From the IMG/VR virus record IMGVR_UViG_3300025154_001556: 64,000 bases of DNA. One strand, 5' to 3'. The notes under the pieces were generated by a model, which saw nothing but the letters and a program-made list of their open reading frames with translations, had not been told where the DNA came from and searched no databases. The position numbers and the translations under genes were made by a program. This DNA comes from a virus. Its lineage: Duplodnaviria > Caudoviricetes. This document shows, in pieces, positions 44,901 through 49,845 of this stretch (positions are counted from its first letter, which is position 1; every line of letters begins with the position of its first letter).

Positions 44901-47900
44901 TTTAAAATACTCTATCATAAACTTATTACCAGAGTTTATGAGTTGTGATTTTAGCCCTTCTACTTCTGATTGAGAAGCACCTGCTGCTGTAAGCCCTTCT
45001 ATTTGACTATCTAACAATTCAGCTGCTAACTGCCCCATACTTTTAGGCATTTTGGCAGTACCTAAACCAGCGTTTACCTGCTCTTCACTAGTAAGTACTT
45101 TTATGTTTTTATCACCCCAAGTTTTAAGAATGTCTGACATTTTAGATGTGTCAGTAGAGGTCATAGACACACCCTTCGATCCAAAACGTGTGGTAAACTT
45201 TCTACCAAAGTGATTCATAAAAACTTCGGCAACTTTCGCTGCTTGCACTTCTACATTCTCAGAACGTACTGTTGCCATGGCTTTTTGTACTTCTGTAATA
45301 AAAGCTTTGTCTGCGCGTCCTTTATAGGTATTACTAACTCCTAACATATCCTGAAACTGGCTATATACTTTATTAATAGCCTCAGGAGAATCTACATCTT
45401 TTAACACCCCAGGCTTAACATCTGATACCGCCTCTGTGCCTTTACCCGAACTTAACTCTTTTCCCAGCATCCTACCGCCGGCTGCGGGTAAAACTAATGT
45501 TTTTGTTAAAGAGGTAACAGCATCAGCAAGTTTACCAGATACAAGTATTTGATCTTCAAACGTGCCGGCAGTGTGGCGTAATTCAGCAGTGACGTTAAAA
45601 CCATAACCTTTCTCACCGTAACGGCCACCTTCGATTAAAGATTTTTCACGCTCTGTTCTTAATGTTGGTGTTGTAGTACCAATCCCTTTTACACGGGCTA
45701 CATCAAATTTATCTGTAAGGCCGTTTATTTCATCAATAGAAGAGGACATAGCGTTAGTAACACCCGCTATATTACGTCCTAATTGTTGAAATTCACCAAA
45801 AGGGGCCATGCTTGTTAAGTCATCAACAAACATCTTTATATTAGTTCCACCAAGTGCTTTTAAGTAAGATAGCCCTTCTTCGTAATCTTTATTATCCTCG
45901 TCGGCTCCTCTTACTTTATTAGATTTAAGGTAAGCTATGGAACTAGCCTGAGACTCGGGTATACCTAAGGAGGATAGTTTTCTTCCTTGTGTAGGCAGTT
46001 CTTGTAACCGTTTAACAATAGGACCAGATTCCGGAGATTCTGCCGCCAATTTAGCGAGCATGTCCCTTTCAGCGTACATTTCCTTAAAACGTAGGTTTAA
46101 ATCTTTAATATAATTTTTATGTTCTTCAGGTTTTAATTCATAATCCCTTTCAGTAGGATATAAACCTGGTGTACCTCTGGAAAGAAGATTAACCACATTA
46201 GATTGCTGTAAACCACGACGTGGTTTACCGGGCTCTATTAGCGGCATCAGTTGTTCTACTTGTTTTGTAGCTGATTCAAAGCCCCTGGCACCACTCTGGT
46301 ATGCTGGTTTTTCTACCAACTTTTTTAGCGGGTCTGCTAAGACCTTACCATAGATATCATATATGTTTTTAAATTCTACTTTATCTAAGGCCTTTGCAAA
46401 ATCATATGCTGACACTTGTGCGGTGTTCATCATATTAACAAAAGACATGATCTGCGTTTTAAGATCTTTGTTGGGGTCAAGGGTAAACTGATCTATCTGA
46501 TTAGTAATGTTGGTTAATGCAGGTAATATGTCTAAATCAGGATCTATACGTTTTTTCTGCACCATTTTGGAAACAGTGGCTGCTTTGTACCCTTCTTTGA
46601 TGCCGGAGAATTCTTTAATAACACGTGCATATTCAGTTGATGCAGGTGCACCCTGTTTAAAAGTGCTTATATCAGCTAGCAATTTAGTTACTAAATCTGA
46701 TACAGCATTTTGTTCTAAGCGTGTTTGGGGATTAACACCAATAGTTTGTATTTTAGAAGCATAGTCTTCTTCGCGGCTTAATGTGCCGGCCTGTAGTGCC
46801 TTACTGTACAGCTTTTCCAGCCCTGTTTCAAACATTGCAAATTTAGATAAAGCACGTTCTGAGCCATGAGCGGTTTCCAAAATAGGGGTACCGGAAGGAG
46901 TCATCCTAGCCGCAGGTAGTGCCACATTACGGATATAAGGGGCTGGATGTTCTTTTCTTGTAGTGTCCACATCAGATAAACTTCTGTTGACCTCAGCTAC
47001 CGCGTATGTTTGTCTAGTAAGTTGTGTTAGTGGCCCTAATTGACTACCAACAGCTTTTTTTACACCTTCAACTAAATTAACAGTGCCTTTGGATGTTTCA
47101 TAAGCCGTTTTAAGATCAAGAAGTGCTTTTTTAATTTCAGGATCTGCCACGGTTGTCCAACCAGCTATATTTTCTTTCGACGCGGACTTCATCCACGTAG
47201 CTACTTTACTAGCCAGTAACTCCGCATTTTCATCAGCACTACCGCCATGAGTTACATTTGCCATTAACTTATCTAACTGCAGCTCTTTAAAGGCAGAAAC
47301 TATTTGATTTGGATCACCCGTAGCAGTTCTTTTGTTTTTTGTAAGTTCTCTTTGCATAGATTTTACATCCGCTATCTGCATGGTCCACATTTTAGCGTTT
47401 GTTTGATTTAAGCTATTACTTACATTTGTAAAATATTTGCTACTTTCAGGAGCTCCGGGCATTTCTAAAGGCTTCCAATCAGATTTACCTAATTGCTCAG
47501 TAACCGTGTTAGTAATATCTTTTAGTAATGCATTTAATGAGCTGGAAAGCTGTCTCTCCATAGCATGGACGTCGAGGGAAGCTCTGGAAGCGGAGATACC
47601 TTTAAGAATACCTTGCACAGAATCAGCCATCTGATCTTTTGCGGTAGCTACTTTATCGAACTCCTGTTTTATATTATCAGCACTATAACCACCTACTGCT
47701 GGTTTTATTACTTTAGATCCATAAACAGCTTTTTGTTCTGATGTACTACCGATCGCTTTAATTCTGCTAATATTTGCTGCCGGTGTGGTAGGAGCTTTGG
47801 CGCCGACATTAGTAGCAACTTTTGTAGTTGGTGCAGCCAACACAGTGTGTTTAGTACTATCAGCTAATTTAGTTAAAGACGCAGCTACTTCGGCTACATT

Positions 47901-49766
47901 ACGCTCTAAGGCTTCAAACTTGCTACTTAAATCTTCTGTTTTTATAGCCCTAACCTTAGTTACTAAATTATCAGCAATTTGAGATCCGGCCTTGGCTTGA
48001 CTTACCATTGAGGCCTCAGTTGTATTTTGTAGCTCATCAATCAAAGATCGCAGGGCGGCAATCTCACTGGATGCTTTTTTTACTTCTGGGCTATTAAAAG
48101 AACTCGTCCTTAAGGTCTTATTTATAGATTCAGTTTTAACACTTAAAGATTCTGTAAGAACCCCTTTTAATGATTCTAAATTCTTTTTTAAAGTAGATAT
48201 AGCTTGTTTATAATTATTAAAATAGCCACTTAAAGCTTTGGCAGCCTCGTCGGCGTTTAAATCAAGCAGCACGTCTAATTTAACGTTATCTGGAAATTTA
48301 GAAGTTATTAAACGTTCAATGTTTTCTAACTTAGGGGCTATTACTATCTCAGCAGCACCTGATGAAATTTCCTTAATTACAGAATTAAGTTCTTTTTTAA
48401 CATCCGCAGTGTCTATTGTAACATCTAGGGTGGCGGCTTTATCTATAATATCAAGTAGTGTAGTTATTTCCTTAAGTTTTTTATTAAGTGTTGTAGCTAC
48501 ACCTATCTTAATATCTCTATCTTTTACTAGAGTATCTATGTCTTTTTCAGCTAATTTAGTATCGGCAGAAACTTGGACAGTTACTTTACTGTTAGAAGCA
48601 TTTATTATAGAATCAATTGTTTTTCTAAATGCTTTATCATCAACATCTACTGATAGTACCAACTTTTCAGAAAGTTTATTGAGTCTAGTAATTATTTCTT
48701 TATCATTAAGGGCTACATCTATTTGTTGCTTAGACTTTTTAGTAGCTGTTTCTAGATATTTTATGTTGCTGGTAGATCCACCAGATTTTAAAAGTTTAGG
48801 TAAGTCTTCTAGTGCTTTACTTACAGCACGTAACTCAGAAAGTGTACTAACTAAAACTTTATCTGTTTGTTTAGAAGGCTCTTTACTAATTATACTTGTT
48901 TTCTTTGCAGCGGATAAAGTAACCAAACCTTTTTCTACTGATTTAGATATGGCTGAGGCCAACGCATACGTATCGATACCGCTAGCAGCAGAAGAGCGTT
49001 GTTTTGTAGTTTCTTCTTTTACGGCTTTTTTTATTTGATCTAGTTCTTTTATAATGTCAGAACTAGCAGCTGGTGAAGCCTCTACTGCTTTGGATAATTT
49101 TGTTAGTCCGGAAGTAAGTTGTTTAATCTCTGAATATAATTTTGATAGTCCAGCACTTACTTCTTTTACATTTGATGTATCTTTGGTTGTTGTAACAGTA
49201 GTTTTGTAGGAATTATCTACGCTCTTGGCTAACCCTTCTATGGCTGTTTGTAACTTAGTTAATTTACCAAAGTCAGTTGATGCAGGATCTTTTTTAATGG
49301 CAGTAAGGATAGAGGTATTGAGATCTTTTATACTTTTGTCTATGGCAGTTTTATCTGATTTACCTGATATGGCGCCTAATACTTTTGTTAGCGCACCTAA
49401 TTCTTTTGTTATAATTGATTCTAATGCCTTAGTATCTAATGTAGTTGTAGGTTTACCCGAAGACGTGGTTCCGCCTGCAGTGATACTTCGTTGAAATTCT
49501 TTGGCTATTGTTTTGGAAATATTATCTGCAAGGATCTTTGCTTGCTGGGCAGTATCTTTTGTAGCAGTGCTTGACTGAGCTTTACCATACGCATCATTTA
49601 GCCCATCCTTTATTGCTTTTTTAACAGAAGACGCTAATCTATCGGTTAACCCATTAAATGCTTTTGCTAATGTGCTATCTAAGGTAGAAGCTATATTGTC
49701 GGCCTTATTGCTTCCTGAACTTGATCCACTTATTATATGAGATACTGTGATGTCGTGCTTAGCCAA
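26910..49766 (-). CDS. Giant tape measure polyprotein (7618 aa) containing two-barrel RNA polymerase, PD-(D/E)XK nuclease and TP901-type TMP core
   Basis: Uninterrupted 22.9-kb ORF with TTG start and GGAGG RBS; canonical position after tail tube and chaperone genes; domain motifs listed as separate features. Confidence 0.92.
   Translation of the reverse strand: [7618 protein letters not shown]
28639..28845. repeat. Perfect in-frame 96-bp tandem duplication (about 2.2 copies) in the TMP gene
   Basis: ccgccgtcagccagg recurs at 28639, 28735 and 28831; unit encodes [32 protein letters not shown]; 50 of 96 bases are G/C. Confidence 0.95.
36900..37870 (-). other. TP901-family (PhageMin_Tail-like) tape-measure core, about aa 3970-4290
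   Basis: [23 protein letters not shown]...[11 protein letters not shown]...[23 protein letters not shown]...[15 protein letters not shown]...[18 protein letters not shown]; hydrophobic segments follow. Confidence 0.9.
39450..40010 (-). other. PD-(D/E)XK nuclease domain (RecB/PDDEXK_1-like) within the TMP, about aa 3250-3440
   Basis: YRASAL, GQAIH3314, E3331, GHID3348, D3363-I-K3365-T, Q3415-LNV-Y3419, in the expected order. Confidence 0.8.
41550..45800 (-). other. Two-barrel (double-psi) RNA polymerase region within the TMP, beta-like then beta'-like, about aa 1320-2740
   Basis: FE1404D1405; GRK1523FTTRFGSK1531GV; [23 protein letters not shown]; R2376YP; D2480FDGD2484 at 42315-42329; Q2717KGM2720DVKH2724. 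Confidence 0.88.
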
Positions 49767-49773
49767 AGCGGTG

Positions 49774-49778
49774 CCTCC
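49774..49778 (-). promoter_or_regulatory. Shine-Dalgarno site of the TMP gene
   Basis: TAGGAGG-CACCGCT-TTG, 7-nt spacing. Confidence 0.75.
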
Positions 49779-49845
49779 TAGATGATGTTGCTTTAATCAA
49801 TTAAACATTCTTTTATTCTTAATAATAGAATGGTTACCTTATTAC

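Noticed and set aside
41550-45800. Host rpoB/rpoC contamination or mis-assembly
   Set aside because: Motifs are highly diverged and compressed, in frame within one ORF, with base composition similar to the flanks; read-level confirmation is still advisable.
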